This document shows, piece by piece, positions 23,660 through 38,545 of a stretch of DNA of 64,000 bases. The position numbers and the translations under genes were made by a program. Under the pieces are notes generated by a model that saw only the letters and a program-made list of their open reading frames with translations, searched no databases and had not been told where the DNA came from. The number at the start of each line of letters is the position of its first letter. Position 1 is the first letter of the stretch. This DNA is from Azolla caroliniana (Eukaryota > Plantae > Polypodiophyta), in the NCBI GenBank assembly GCA_043228905.1, contig JBHGNT010000001.1:9486001-9550000 (forward strand), in the 5' to 3' direction.

Positions 23660-24840
23660 TTATGCATGCATTTTTTTGAAATATGAAACCACCTTGTCAA
23701 ATATGTCAATGTTTGCTTTGGTACTAACAACAAAGTCAAAATGAGAATAAGATGGAAGATATAAAAGTTCCACATTGCAAGGTAGCATCTCAATCAACCT
23801 TTGGACATCATTAGGGTCAGACAAGGTATCACGTCCTCCATATACCAAAAACATGTGAAAGTCTTTTGGAATATTGGAAACGTCATACGATGGCGCAACA
23901 TTGGTACCGTATACCTCATTATTCCTCACGACACCCAAATCATATTTGCTAAATTTCCCCGTCTTTAGCACTGTAGTCAAATAATTATAGAGTAGACTAA
24001 TTAATCATATGTCCATGTCGTCATGTATGTGTAAAATACAAGTGCATAGTAATGTAGATCAATATGTATGATGATGCTTACAACTCATACCAGAAATGAT
24101 TCAATAGAAGACATTGGCAATGATTTTTTATGATAGGAAATATTTTTCAATGAGTCTAATAAAACCAAGAAATACTCCACATACTTTGGAAATAATGATC
24201 CCCATTCATAAAACTGGTTGGTTCTGGGAAGAAATTGAGGTAATATGACACCCTTGAAATATTTACACAACAAGTCACTCCTGTAAATTTTCACAAACTT
24301 TTAACACTCATCCTAGCAAAATTGTATGATAGAGTTCTGTGAAAATTTTATGCATTTTTATTGTACAAACCTCCAATCAAATTGACAAGGTCAGAACATC
24401 CTTCCTCTGTACGAATACAGGTACCATTTACAATTTGTGGAATAGGTCTCCTGTTCCCAAAATCCATTGTTAGTTTCCTTTTGAACCCTAACTGAACTCA
24501 AATGGTTGTTTCTATATTTATTTCTTGGTTTATGCTTTACTTTAAACATGAATCCTCGATTTTAGACACATTAACCATTTCAATTTAGTTGTCAATTATC
24601 TCTTGATTACTTATAAATTGGAATTCTCGATTGTACACTAGAGAATTGAGTCATGATGCAAACGTGAAGGTAAAACTAAAATATCCCTTGGCTCAATTTT
24701 ATTAGAAGGAGATAAATTATTGTTCTCTATGTGCTTGTCTTGTGTTGTTTGTTAAATGTTTCTTTAAGAAATTAAGGGTTTTAAGCCCATAGGTGGACCT
24801 AAAATTTGCAAGCTTAAGTTCTACTTTAATACTACACTTA

Positions 24841-24886
<46 letters not shown>

Positions 24887-27800
24887 ACAACCCCTACAAT
24901 CCATAGTGGCATCTAGTAAATTAAGAGATATGTATGGAGTACTAGAGAGGTGAGAAAATTGGGTTTCAAACCGAAACATAGTGCTTGTAGTCTAACAACT
25001 TACCATTAGGGTAAACTAATAAAAAAAGGAGCATTCAACCTCTACAATCCACAATGGCACCAATAAGGGAAAATTTAGGGAATTAAAAGAGGTGATAGTC
25101 GAGCCTTGAAGCTAAGGTCGAAGAGTTGGTAGTCTAAACTAATTACCATTAGGCTAAGGTACTTAGAGAGAGAGAGAGAGAGAGAAAGAATAGTATTCCA
25201 ATTATTATGCTATTGGGGGTTACAACATAATTGGAATCCGAGTAATGAATGCTTTTATGTTAGATGGTAGACTTAGAGTTAAAACATATATTAGGAAGTT
25301 AAAAAGTATTCTTATGTGGAACTTCTGTATATTGGAGCATACAAAGATCATCTCCTCAAGTGCATATTCACGTTTTTTTTATGGTTTCAAAGAATGTCTT
25401 TTTACATAGAACTAATATAATTATGTGTTTTTTTAAAGAGAGAGAGAGAGAGAGAGAGAGATCACCTTCGCAAATCTACCTCGTTGATTTGCAAACCTCG
25501 AAAAATCTACACAAATAAAATAAAATAAACAAATATCATAATTTGGAGATAAATGTGTACCTCTTAATGCCAATATCATTGTGTTCTATGCACATTTTTC
25601 AAAGTAAATATATACATAATCATTGTGTGGTTATTTATGGACTCATGTAGCTCTACCATAGTATCATCACAAACAATGTTCATATTGTAATACTTGACAA
25701 TTTGAACCCAAAACCTCTTTTCTACAATGTAAATTATATCATCTATGTCGTTGATGACCAATTCTATTAAAATGGCATATATAATAAATAAGTAAATTGG
25801 CTAACTCACTTTATCAAGCTTTATGTCAACTATAAATTTAACAGCCGGAGATGTTACTCCTGCAACATAAGCTATAGGAGACAACAAGACAGCTGCCGCA
25901 AGCCTGTTCACAACTCTTCCCTCGCTAAATGCCGCAAGGGATATTAAAGTTCCCTGGTAATTGAACGATTGAGTCATTGAAACCTTTCATCTCATGTGTG
26001 AAAACAACATTGTGGTATATGAATATCCATGTGCATTAAGTTTTTCTCTCGAAAATATTTAGTTATTCTTTGAATGCGTATCTATCCTGACTCTATTGCT
26101 TTGTTTTCTTTAAAACCTATTGTTTTGAATAAAAGTGAGAGAATGGACTTACCTGAGAGTGGGCAAGGAAATATATTTGAGTTTTTGTTACATCATAAAC
26201 TAGTTCTATCATAGATGGTAAGTCATAAGCTGCCAATTCATCCCAACTCCAATCCCAATACTCCTACAATTGTTTATTAAAGAAAAACAACATCCATGAT
26301 ATTGAACCAAGAAATATGCCTCATCTAAACTTTTGCTCATAAACAAGATGCACACTAATTTGAAGAAAGAAGCAATGTAGAGTAGGACACCTTTGAACCC
26401 TTTGGAATGGACACATGATCTTGACTAGTTTCTACCCCACGGGTATTACCGATCCACACATCAAAACCTGCATCTGCCAATATGAAGCCCAATGATTGCT
26501 CAGGTGTGTCCCAAAACCACGAATCTCCATTCTATCAAAACAAGGAAATAATTGCTCAGTTCATGAATACATGTAGTGTAAATTGTTGCATGCATCTAGA
26601 TATAACCAAACCACTAACCACAAACAAACCATGTTGCAAAAACACAGGTGGTCTTAGGAGCTTTGAGGTTGGATTTTTTCGACCATACGGGATTCTTTGA
26701 ACTCCAAGAATATAACCATCATCTGTAATGGTCTTCAAAACAATTGCAAATTTATATCATCAACTACTAGAATTGATGAAAATGGCGTTCATGAAATCAC
26801 AAACTAAACATTATAGATTGTAGCATCATTGTAACCCAAAGAAAACATCAAGATAACCAAACCAAATTAAGTCATTGATGAATTGTGCACTTTACTAACA
26901 TTAAAATGCAAATTAGAGATGTTGTATGCAAAATAGAAATGTAAAAATGTCTCATACTAATTGGAAAGTAGCATCTTTTTTGGAAAAAAAAGGTAGTGGG
27001 CAACCCATTAGTGGTTGATAGGACCTTATCTTCGACTTTTTTGAGTTATTTTTCTTCTACTTTTTGTTAGTATTTTTTTTTTCCCAAAAAAAACACTACT
27101 TCGCATTAGTTAGGAAACAAATTACATCATAGATCACCAAAAATTCCTCTAATCAACCCTCACTCTGGCCTTCCCACCAAAGTGGACATAGTCCCCACCT
27201 CATTTTCAACAAAAGTATCCAAATAACCCCTACTTTTTGTTAGTATTAATTCAGTATAAGCCAATATTGTTATGATTGTTTTTTTTTCCCAAAGAAGAAT
27301 ATACTCCATTAATTAAAATGACATACAATACACAATGTTAGACATTACCTACTTCTATATGGGCTACATCGCTTATTTATCTTACACTAAATAGCCCACA
27401 TGTTTGTTCTCCATGTTTCTCATGTCATTCACGCCCCTCTATCATCTAATGGGAGGGGGGAACAACCATCTCGGTACTACGTATGACTGTTATAGCATTG
27501 ACATCACTCATGGGTTAATATTACACAACCTTTCTATCACTCCACAAGTATCTTGTTTAGTTTTTTTGTTCTTTTTCTTTCTGTTCATCAAGACCACATA
27601 GAGTCCAACATTGAGATACTAACAATAAAGTGGAAATTTCACTCCATATACAAATGGTTTAGGAAATGGAATACAACAACGCTACTTGCTCTACGCATCG
27701 ATGATATGATCATAACAAACATCAAATCCTGGTTTATGGATGTGGTCATGTCCAAATAAAGTTGACATGCAACTAACAATTAAATTTGACCAATTCTTCT

Positions 27801-28546
27801 TAAAGATTAATTCAATCTATTATCATGAAAATCATAACAAAACTCATCATTTATTGATGTATAATAAGACTATTTCTAGTTCCAAAATCAAACTCTTAGC
27901 CATTTAAATTATAGTGGAAGTGACCAACCCATAAACAATTAATTTGTTCAATTTCCCCTCTTTTTTTAAAATATTGATTATCATCACACGTGGTAACATT
28001 TTGGTTTCCTATTTTCAATCAACGCTTTGAAAGTTATTTACCCAATTTCAAAGATATCGATTGATGTCATGGCACATACAAACACACATGCATAATTTGT
28101 GTGTGTGAAAATCCATAAAACATATAAACATGCATACAACCATATACTAGGAGTTTCTTTCTCTAATGAGAATGAAAATCTTATTCTTGTAACACATGAA
28201 TACATACATACATACATACATACATTCAAAACCCTACTTTTGCATTTTTTTCCCAACAAGACCTTCACAAACATGCATACATATTTAACGATATTCATTT
28301 CCATTATCCTAATTAGAGTTTAATCAACAACATGATAAAGCAATTAATGGTCGGTAGTGTTTGATAATGTTTGGACATTAACATATTTACCGTATATTCG
28401 ATGCAAGGGTAGCCAAGAGGGTGAAGAAGGGAGGAGCAAATGGTACTACTAGAGCTAGCAAGGGTATGTTGAATATTGGGGATTATGATGAAGAAATAGG
28501 AAAAGGAAAAGGAAAAGGAAATGATACTAAATACTTGGAATGCCAT
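23660..28546 (-). CDS. LIP1: Triacylglycerol lipase, gastric/acid lipase family (LIP1/MPL1-like), 9 exons, 397 aa
   Basis: Exons 28546-28391, 26732-26619, 26531-26391, 26263-26153, 25953-25810, 25506-25466, 24450-24371, 24280-24185, 23970-23660. All are GT-AG and total 1194 nt in frame. Signal-peptide-like N-terminus, [49 protein letters not shown] (Ser), GGRD (Asp), YSHFDF (His). The symbol is family-level only. Confidence 0.93.
24890..25160 (-). repeat. Two tRNA/SINE-head-like units between (GA)n tracts in lipase intron 6
   Basis: Minus strand TAGTTTACCCTAATGGTAAG...GGTTTGAAACCC, similar to the units at 38640-38990. Confidence 0.5.
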
Positions 28547-31500
28547 GTCTCTCCGTATTAGAATTAACATTTGTGACTGACGTAGAGAGAGATAGGCTTG
28601 GTTGTTGGGGTGATAGTATTCTAGACTACATAGTATCCTTTTCTTATATATATACACCATCTACTGATTTTGAGTCCATTCATCCATGTAACACCAAATG
28701 GTCCACATTCACCAATATTTGTAATGGCATGGAACAATAATCCAGCTAACTTTTATGTCTTATTCTTTCATTTAGACTTGAAATCAAGTTTCTTAAAACA
28801 TTGAGTCACATCAACAATTAAATAGCCCCAATCTAGATACATATTGCTAGCCATAACACTTGTATGATTGTTTAATCATAATCATGGTTCATGTTCAATT
28901 GTCTAAAGCTATTCGATAATAATACATCTGACAACATGTTTTAATAGCCGCAATCACATGATATGATTGTTTGAGGCGACTTGAAATGAATCCATTTGAC
29001 AACTTTCACGTTGTACGAACATCAATAATCTTGACATATAAATGTTAGGTGAATGTGTATGTGACCATATGTAGATCTGTATATGTGCACGTTGCTTGGA
29101 TTCTCGAATGTCTAACTCCTTTTATTTCGTTGTAAGTCGATGCTATTACCTTTATGGTTGACAAGGTCCAAAGGAAGGTCATGGGCCATCCTCTTGTTTT
29201 CAACTGTTTACGAAAATAGTGGACTATCAATAATCATTTTTTGCACATCTTCATGAACTTCCCCCTACCTTAGTAATCAAAATAATAACAAAACCAGAGA
29301 AAATTAGAGCAATTTGTTCTCAATAGTCTTCGTTTTAAATCAACTCAGTTCACCATTGTGAACTTTAATGACTTCAAAGGTCCAAAATATAGAAGCTTTT
29401 CCATTAATGTCATTTACATTCAATTAATCATTTTTAGTTGGCAAAGAATTATATTGACTTCATCATTATCAATTATCCATCAATATACATGTCTCTCTCA
29501 TCCTCCACTAATTTGTGGTCCAACTAAGCATTGTCATTGATCATCAAGATGAAGTTCACGCAAATGTAAGCTACCTAAATGAACTTCTTGTAAAACTTCC
29601 ACATGATTGTCCTCTTATTAATGATTTTGTTCCCAATATCTCAAGGGCTAATTGTCCAAGATGGCATGACTTAGTCAATAAAGTAAAATATAAACATGTC
29701 TAGTTAATCACCTTTCAACTCACTCAATGACTAATTATGATCCTCTCTCATTTTGTTGGCTTGCTACCCAAGTCATCTAGTTTACATCTTTCCAATGAGA
29801 ATACTTTAGAGGATTTGCACGGTACCAATGTACCTTCTATGTATTGGCAACCAAAATTATTATGACTACCCAAGTAACACCTTCGAAATCTTGAACAAAC
29901 AATCCAAGTCATTATTAGATGTTAGGGCTGTGAACATTGGTGGAACTTCTATTTCACATGTATTTGTGACCTTGTAGAGTCTAGACTCATTCAAAATGGA
30001 ACATGTCATCATAAACATGTCTAGCTAATCAGCTTTCAACTCATTCAATGAATGACCAATCCTAATCCTCTCTCATTTTGATGATCTTTATCCTAGTCTT
30101 CTTAATCCTTAACAAACAACCTAAATCATTATAGGATAGTAAACATTAATCCAACAATATTTTCACTGTAGAGTTTAGACTCATTCAAATGAGAATTTTC
30201 TAGGATTGGGTGTGCATCTCTTTCTACAAAGGTTTAACTATTTTACAATCATTGAGAAAGTTGACCTTCAAGTTGCAAGTGAATGCTTAGATAGTCATAG
30301 AATTTGGAGCTCTTAGTTCTTGAATAATAGTGTTCCAAAGTTGCAAACACAACATAAGTAAGTAGACACAAACCAATGATGGCAAGCATATCTATGCTTA
30401 TTACTGTAAGTAGGATATTTGGATTGTTGTGGATATTGAATGAATATGTCACCAGTCATCCCAATATACTATGCAGAATGTTAGATTGACTAGTTTTTTT
30501 TTTTTCATCCCACATATATATCATATAGAATGTAATGTTGTATAAAACAACCTTTTCTAAAGGGGAAATGGTAATAGAAATTGAAGACCTCTTCTGAGAT
30601 ATTTCTCATAAAATTAAACTACCTTTTCTTCACCCTAATTGAATGCTTGATACACCTTTAAATAGGTAAGCAATAATAAATCAAACTAAGTCTCTCCCAC
30701 ATCAGAGTTTTGTTCTTTTTGTTCTTTTTTTTTCCAAAAAAAAAACTCCTTCCATTAGTTATAAAATTTTACATATGAGATTAATATATACAAATCCCTG
30801 AAGGGACGCGATAGGTCCATCTTATGTGGATGCCCACAGAGTTTTGTTCTTGTTGATAACTACATTTCCATTAGAATTTTTTTCTATTAACGCTCTATTT
30901 GGGCAATCTCTTTGCCATATGTCAGTGGACTAGTACCCAACTACTACACACCAACTGTTCTGTTGTAGAATTATATAATGCATGCAATCTATGACACGTA
31001 ATTTGGACCTCATTCGCATAATCCCAATTAAGTTGTTTTATCAATGAGTAGTTAACTTAGTATACGATGAGTAAAACCAATCCACAACCATTACATTTCA
31101 TGTTATTTGCGAAACAAGCAAAATCAAAGGGACTTTACTTGAACACTAGTTAAAGGTGTAGAAAGTTAGAATCAATACAAGCAGAAAATGGTATTTGATT
31201 TTGTCAAATATTTTGTCGAATTTCTAAAATGAATTACTCCTCTTAAAATACTAAGTGTTTTTTTTTTTCCCAAAAAAAAACTACTTCCATTAGTTAAGCA
31301 ATGTAAAAAGGATAATTTACAACTCATATCTTACAAGACATCTTGCATGTCGAAGGAAAACAATATGTGTAGATGAAAACAAAAAAAAACAACTCCAAAG
31401 CACCACATCATTATGTGATGAAGTTAAATGGAAAAGTAGCCATCAATGATTTTTCATTTGCCTTGCACTTAAATACATTATAGAGATTGACTATGAAATC

Positions 31501-34500
31501 TATAGAAAGAGGTTGGCAAGGACACCAATATGAATATGACAGTAGTCCCTGTGTGTAAAATTCAAAGTAGAAAACATAGATTCAAATTCCCTCATATAGT
31601 TAGTGTCTCATTCCAGATTAATAACTTGTCAATATACCTCAACATAGCCATATCCTTCCAGGTTCATGTCCATGTTTCTTTGGTCCACATGTTACAATAT
31701 GGCACACCCACCACACCTAACGAGTAAATATGGTATATTGTTTTGGAGTTTCTATTGTAGAACTTGGCCAAACACAATGATAAATATCCCATCACTTTTA
31801 GTAGAAAAGCTCATGAACTAATACAAGGTCCAAACCAAGATTTGACGTGCAACCTACCAATTCATGGGGCATGTATATTAAAAACATGACAATCGTTTAG
31901 GAATTACAAGTATCTAACTTGGTAGTCCATTGGTATTCTAAATTTTATAGCAATTGTCCAAATGTAAGACATTTTCATAAATCCACAAAATTTTGCGTCC
32001 ATAGATTATCGCGTCCATGTTTTAAAAGCAAATGTACCATTTACTCAAAAACCGACATAACAATGTAGAAAGATGTTGCAATGTATCACCAAAAGAATAA
32101 AAGGTTAAAAAACCGACATAACATTTTAGAAATATGATATTTGCACGTATACATTATGACATTTTCATTGATCAACATGAGTATGTTATCAATGATCCAA
32201 TTCATTCGTAGGTTCAAAGCATTTGTGGTCTTATTTTTTATATTGCGACCACAAACATCAATAAACCTAAAATTTTGAGAGAGTTGGAATTGATGTCATT
32301 CATGTAGAAAATTATATGCATGTAGCTAATAATGGTGAAGAAACAAAAACCAACCTCGTCGCATTCAAATGCTTGCTAGTTGTGTCTTGATGTTTGTTGA
32401 AAAATAACAGGTTTTGTCCTTCAACCATATGATGTTATGTGGATAACAATTACCCCACAATTTTTTATTTATCTAAGGTGTCACACAACAATAACCAAAA
32501 TATATAGGAAAGCGACCTGTAAATGGCATAGTACCTATAGATACTTAGAGCGTACATAGAATGATTGAGCGTAACTAGCATGATTTGTATATGCGATTCA
32601 CCTAACATAATGGGAAGTAGTTTTCTTCTTGGAAAAAAAACTGACCTCACCATGTAAAAGATTTCGACGATGTTTCCAAGTCTACAACAAAAATTTCATC
32701 CTCATAGTAAAGGAACAATTGTTCTCAATTTTGATTTTTGTCCTTAATCAATGCGGAAGAACCCTTTCGAAAATGATTCTATAACACTTGTTACCACTCT
32801 TTTGTCCACATCTTTATCATGTTATTCATATCCACAAAATCTTGGCATCTTGTAGTTTGGAAGTTGGTTGATTGTGCATGGAAAAACATGAAATTCTTAT
32901 TAGTTATCCAATTTGCTCACACATCAAAATCTTGAATGAAGTACTAAATTCTGTCTCATAAAATCTATATATTTTAACCATTTTGTGCTCAATTTCATTA
33001 TCAAGTAACTCTTGTAGATGTTTAGTAATTGACAATAGTTAAGTTTTCGTGTCTCAAACTCAAACAATTTAAAATGTTTCAAATAGAACCAATTTGAACC
33101 ATGAAACCTTTAAACCTATACCATTTAAACCAAAACTATTCAAACCAAACAGTTCGAGGGATTTTCACATTGAAAACAAATAATCAAGAGATCTATAACA
33201 CATTAAACTATCAAGTGATGATTTAATATTTGAAATTTGATTCAATTTGAACTATTCGTGACTTTACACCCAGTTTTGTAATTTTTTGATGGTTATTTTT
33301 TTTAAAATAAAAAGAAAAGGAGTTGTTAACTTTCAAAGTTACATCATAATGCACATTGCATACCGCATAGTTTATATATTTAATAAATATTTAAACTATT
33401 AAGCCCATTTACGCCATGGACTGAAGTTGGATAAATCGCAAATTGTGAAGTTGATAAAGGGTTAACTTGAACCAATCAGGACACTTGAACACCCAAGATA
33501 AATTAAACCCATACAAAACCATTTACAACATTTTCTAAATTGTCACCAATTCGATTAAGCCATTAGGCTATAGTTTCGCACTTTCGTTCAACCCAAATTG
33601 AATTGTTGTCGATCCTTGTCTATATTTGGCAATGGAATGAATTCAAGAATTCATTAAAAGCTTTGTTTATCTAGGAATATATTATCCTAAATAGTCAACT
33701 ATTGTAGAGGTAGGTTTAAAATTGATTTCATTCTTATGCTTTTTAACCCATAACTTATGTAAGATTTTATCTCCAAAAAAGAATATACTCCATTAGTTAA
33801 AATATACATGAACACGATCTCTTTCTCAAGTAGGCCGTGCCAAGATTATCCTAGCCTACATACGAGAGATCTCACTTATTTATCTTACACTTTTACATAT
33901 GACTCAAGCCATCCTTATGTAAGATTTTATGTGCACAATATCTTGAAATCTAGATGTATTAAAAATATTCCTCACTACCTCAAATAGCGACAACATCATT
34001 GCAACAATACTAAGGTACACGACTTTTGTTGTTTGTGTACATGAACTTTAAACTTGATGTAAGGGTATTGGCATTGCGAATAAGTTGTAAGGCCATTTAT
34101 GCAATGTATTCTTAGAGTAATTACATTGTGTATGTAGCCACCCATGCATGTGTGTAAGAATGAATGTCAGTCACTTTTTGATGACTAGATCGACACAAGT
34201 GCAACCATGTTTTATCTCAAAACTCTCACCCATCTATTTTGTGGTTTTATCATAACTTTCACGTCTTTATATTTGCTTCATGGTTAGTACACACAATACT
34301 AGATCACATACGTTCATTGCTAGAAATAAGTACTTGCCAAATATTAAGGAATTTTAGGACCCCTTAAAAGACACAAAGAATTAAAGAGTTTAATGATAAT
34401 GATTAATGGATGAGGTGCATGAGTTTTTAGAGTAAAATGGATAAAAATTCTTCACAAATAGAGATCCCAAATGGATTGAGCTACGAGATATATTGAACGC

Positions 34501-34529
34501 TTGAATGAATTGTGACAGGAAAGAGTGTC

Positions 34530-35090
34530 AAAATACCAATTAACAACCAAGCGCAACCAAACTAACATCCCTTTTCTTTTCTCTTACCATGAATTAATAT
34601 GGGAATGTGCAAATACAATATGTCGAAAACATCTAGGGGCAGACCAATTTAGCAAACAAACTTCAAGAGGACACTTATTGGATATCAATAATGATGTCAA
34701 CACTAGTATTCCATCACATCCATGGTGAAGTTGCACAATCATTAAGTTTGGATTAAACATAGAATTACCACCAGAATTGTAAGAAAATGATGATTAGAAT
34801 CAATAGAGCACGATGTTGACGTGAATGTCTTGCATCAAAATTGAACCACGGACAACCCTTGATCACACTATTCTTCCCTTGAGTTGGAGATGGTTCCCCC
34901 CCCCACAACTATGTGTTCTACTTCCATCCACAACCTACAATTGTGTAGTACTATGAAACGAAGCAGAAAGATTTACTTGTGAATATGAAAAGTGCTAGAG
35001 ATCGATAGAGAATATGGACATTTAGACACTCTATGTGAGGGAAGAATATAGGGTTTTAGCGTAAACTCCACTAATTAGAGACGTGGGTTG
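34530..35090. repeat. Diverged direct repeat of 39615-40110, probably LTR remnants of the old Copia between them
   Basis: Shared AATACCAATT..AACCAAGC..ATCCCTTT..ATGAATTA.TATGGGAA.GTGCA and further collinear blocks. Confidence 0.5.
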
Positions 35091-35119
35091 ATATCGATGA
35101 GATTGTTTTTTATTTCCTT

Positions 35120-35159
<40 letters not shown>

Positions 35160-35165
<6 letters not shown>

Positions 35166-38100
35166 TCACTTATCTACAAGCTTCAAGTTTCTCTTTTTCC
35201 AAACACTTTGTCGTCATGGCAAAACCATTTTTATCAGTATGAACCATGTTAATGTGCATGTACTTTTCTTTAGGCACGCCCTCTTTCATAAATATAAAGT
35301 GCTCTAACTATCACACAGTAGATTATAGCTTTCCTACATGACACCCAACTCCTTTCAAGCTTTTATAGTGACAATGTACTTTGCCTCTATTCTTGATAAT
35401 GCTACACATTGTTGTAGTCTCAACTGTCAAGTGAAAGCACCTCTTGCAAAGATGATCAAATACCTGGATGGGAACTTCCAAGAATCAATGTCACATGTTA
35501 TGCATGTATCTGTATACCCATCTAGCATAGTATGGTTATCATTAAATGTCAAACAAACTCTAGATGTGCCTCTCAGATATTGCAAAATACATTTCGTTGT
35601 TTCCTTATGGTCTCTACTAGGATTAGGCAGAAAGCAATTCACCATACTAACTACATAAGAAATGTCTAGCCTTGTGCATACCGTAACATACATCAAACTA
35701 CCAATTGCAGAAGTATATGGTACCTTCTTCATTTCTTCTTGCTCTTTCTCATTTATAGGGCATTGTTTAGCAATGAGTTCAAAGTAACCTATAAGTGGAG
35801 TGTTGACTGCAACTTGGTACTTTACTCATGTTGAATCTCTCAAAAAACTATAAAATATATATTTTTCTTGAGATAACCAACATTTCTTTTAATTCCCTTA
35901 TCCCTAGTTATCTTCATTCCATGAATTTGTTTAGCCTGTCCCAAATTCTTCATTACAAAAGACTTGCCAGGTTCTTTCTTTGATGTCTTGATCTTGTTGG
36001 TATCTTGAGCAACAATCAACATATCATCGACAAGCAAGAGGAGAATGATGAGGTAACCATTAGAGAATTTCTTGATAACACGTAATTATTTGAACTACCC
36101 ACCCATTGTCCAACATGAATGGATCAAATTTGTACCCAAGTTTTGTTTTTCTTTGACTTTGAAGCCCTCTTCTTGTTCCATGTAAACTTTTTCTTCCAAA
36201 TTCATGAAGTAAGGGTATCTTCACATCAAGCGGTTATAATCATAAGCACAACTCTAATTGAAGACATCTTGACCACGAGTGAGAAAATTTCCTCAAAATC
36301 AACACTTTTTTATTGAGCCTTGCATTCACTAGTCTTTGACTTGTACCTTGGTGATGAGCAATATTCCTCAATCATGAGATTGTAAAACTATTTTTATTTC
36401 AATGCTCTCTTGTTGTGCAAAGTCATAGATCTTGCAAAGACTTCATGTCATCCGTCATGACCTCAAATGATTTATTTTTCTAATAATGTGCTATAGCTTT
36501 TCTAAAATTCTCTAGCTCTATCCATGATTGGTAAGCATCAAATATTCATTTGGATTACATTTGTTACAAGGTTAACTCTATATGGTTGACCTTCTAACCT
36601 CTTCTTCTTGTGGTGGAACTAGAAGAGTATCCTCAAGGAATTACATCGCCACTGTGATGTACCAATAAAGGAATTGAATTTGTGGTGATTGGAATATCAT
36701 GAGTCAAATCTAGATCCTATAGTGTTTTGATCCTCAAGGAATACAACATCTCTACTTTTAATAACTTTCTCAGTCACTAGGTCATACAATTTGTAACCAA
36801 ACTCTTCATGATCATATCTCAAGAAAAATACATAGTCAGATATTGTCATCAAGCTTGAATCTTTCAGTTTTTGTAACAAAGGTCATATAGACAAACACTT
36901 TCAAATGCTATTATGACCCGTCTTTCTGTATCCAAAATCTCTCAAGAACATCACCATCCAAAAGGAACGAATAGAGAACGGTTAATAGATCAGATGTAGT
37001 TCTTGTTGCTTCACCCCAAAAGGGTTTGGGCAATTTAGAGTGAGATAACATACAATTTATCCACACTCAAATTGTTCTAATCATTCTTTTAGTGACATCA
37101 TTACGTTGAGGTGATTTTGGAACACTCCTAGCATGACAACATGATTATGACGAGACTTTGATTTAAGTGAACCTTAATCATGTCGACCATTATTTGCACG
37201 AATGCACTTCAACTTCTAGTTTCTCTTTTAATACTTGCTCGAAAAATCATATAGATATCAAATATTTGATCTTTCCATTAGAGAAATTATCAATAAATCT
37301 AGTAAAGTGCAATGTGAAGTACAATACACCATCGTGAGTTCTATTTTTCATATAATAGAAAGTAGTATGCACCACTTCTAAATGATAGGATTTTCTTTTG
37401 GGGCTAAATATGGAAAATAAATTCTTGTTGTTTAACATTTAAATAATCAACACAATTGTTGAAGTGCATTCTTGATACGTAAAGGAGAATATTCATTCTT
37501 CCCTACTACAATGTCTCTTTCTTTCGGACTCATATGTCCAAGTCTCATGTGTCATAACTCATTCGAGGCGTTTCTTGATACCGTAACATGCATAAGCTAT
37601 AGAGAACGTTGTTTTTGATGCTATATAGTCGTTGGTGACCTTACATATTCTTGGATTGAAGTGATATGAATAACCTTCACCATCAAGCTTCCATGTAGAA
37701 ATGATTTTGAGCCCAACATTGAGTATGCCAATTGTGTCTGTAACTAAACATACATTTCTTGTGTCTGATCTAAACAGACATGAGCAATGCCAACAACCTA
37801 TGTTACACCTTGGTTGGCCATTTTGACTCTACCAAAGTTACCAACTTACCAATAACATATGATGTGAATATGTCCTTGTACATGGTAATATGATACAAAA
37901 CTCGTGAATCAATAATTCAATCAGTCTACTCTGATACTAAATTGAGACAAGCATCATTACAAACGATTATAGTTTCATCTTCAATTGTGGTTTTTGTGTT
38001 GTCATTTTTGTTCTTAGTATATTATGTTTTTTTGGTCTCTTTGCTTCTTTCTATAGTCTCCCTCATAGTGGTTCCAAGCACCACGAAAAATATTTGTTAT

Positions 38101-38500
38101 GCTTAGACTTAGATCTTCCTCGGGATTTATTTCTACTATTTTGTGTGCCACTATTATTGCTTCACCCTCTGTTAGTTGTTTCTATGCCTAGTTCTTTACA
38201 CGAAAAGTTTCAGTCACGCTTCTTCTGTCATGCTACTTCATTAAGTAGTCTAGATTTAAGCATATCAAAGGTCAACTTTCCTTCCGGTGTTGAGTTCCTA
38301 AGTTTTACCACAAGTATCTCTATGAAGAAAATATGATTTATCAACCCCTAGATATATTCAGGTGCTTTGGCATACTAGACTCATCCTAATATCCTGATCT
38401 CACTATCTTTCTAAACACAAAAACCTCATTCAAGGCATTTTTTGTTTCAAATATGAGTCCACAATTTTTTTCCAGATAACATTTGTATTAGCTTCATTAT
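35160..38500 (-). mobile_element. Highly degenerate Copia (Tnt1/Tork-like) internal region
   Basis: Remnants VPYTSAIGSLMYV.VCTRLDI, LLVDDMLI, FGYKLYD..KVIKSRDVVFLE, PKPFWGEA. Confidence 0.85.
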
Positions 38501-38545
38501 CAAAATTATTGTACAAACTAATATCAACGAAACATCATATATACG

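Noticed and set aside
28740-34500. Short ORFs upstream of the lipase
   Set aside because: AT-rich, with no recognisable domains or consistent splice structure. Probably decayed repeats or intergenic DNA.
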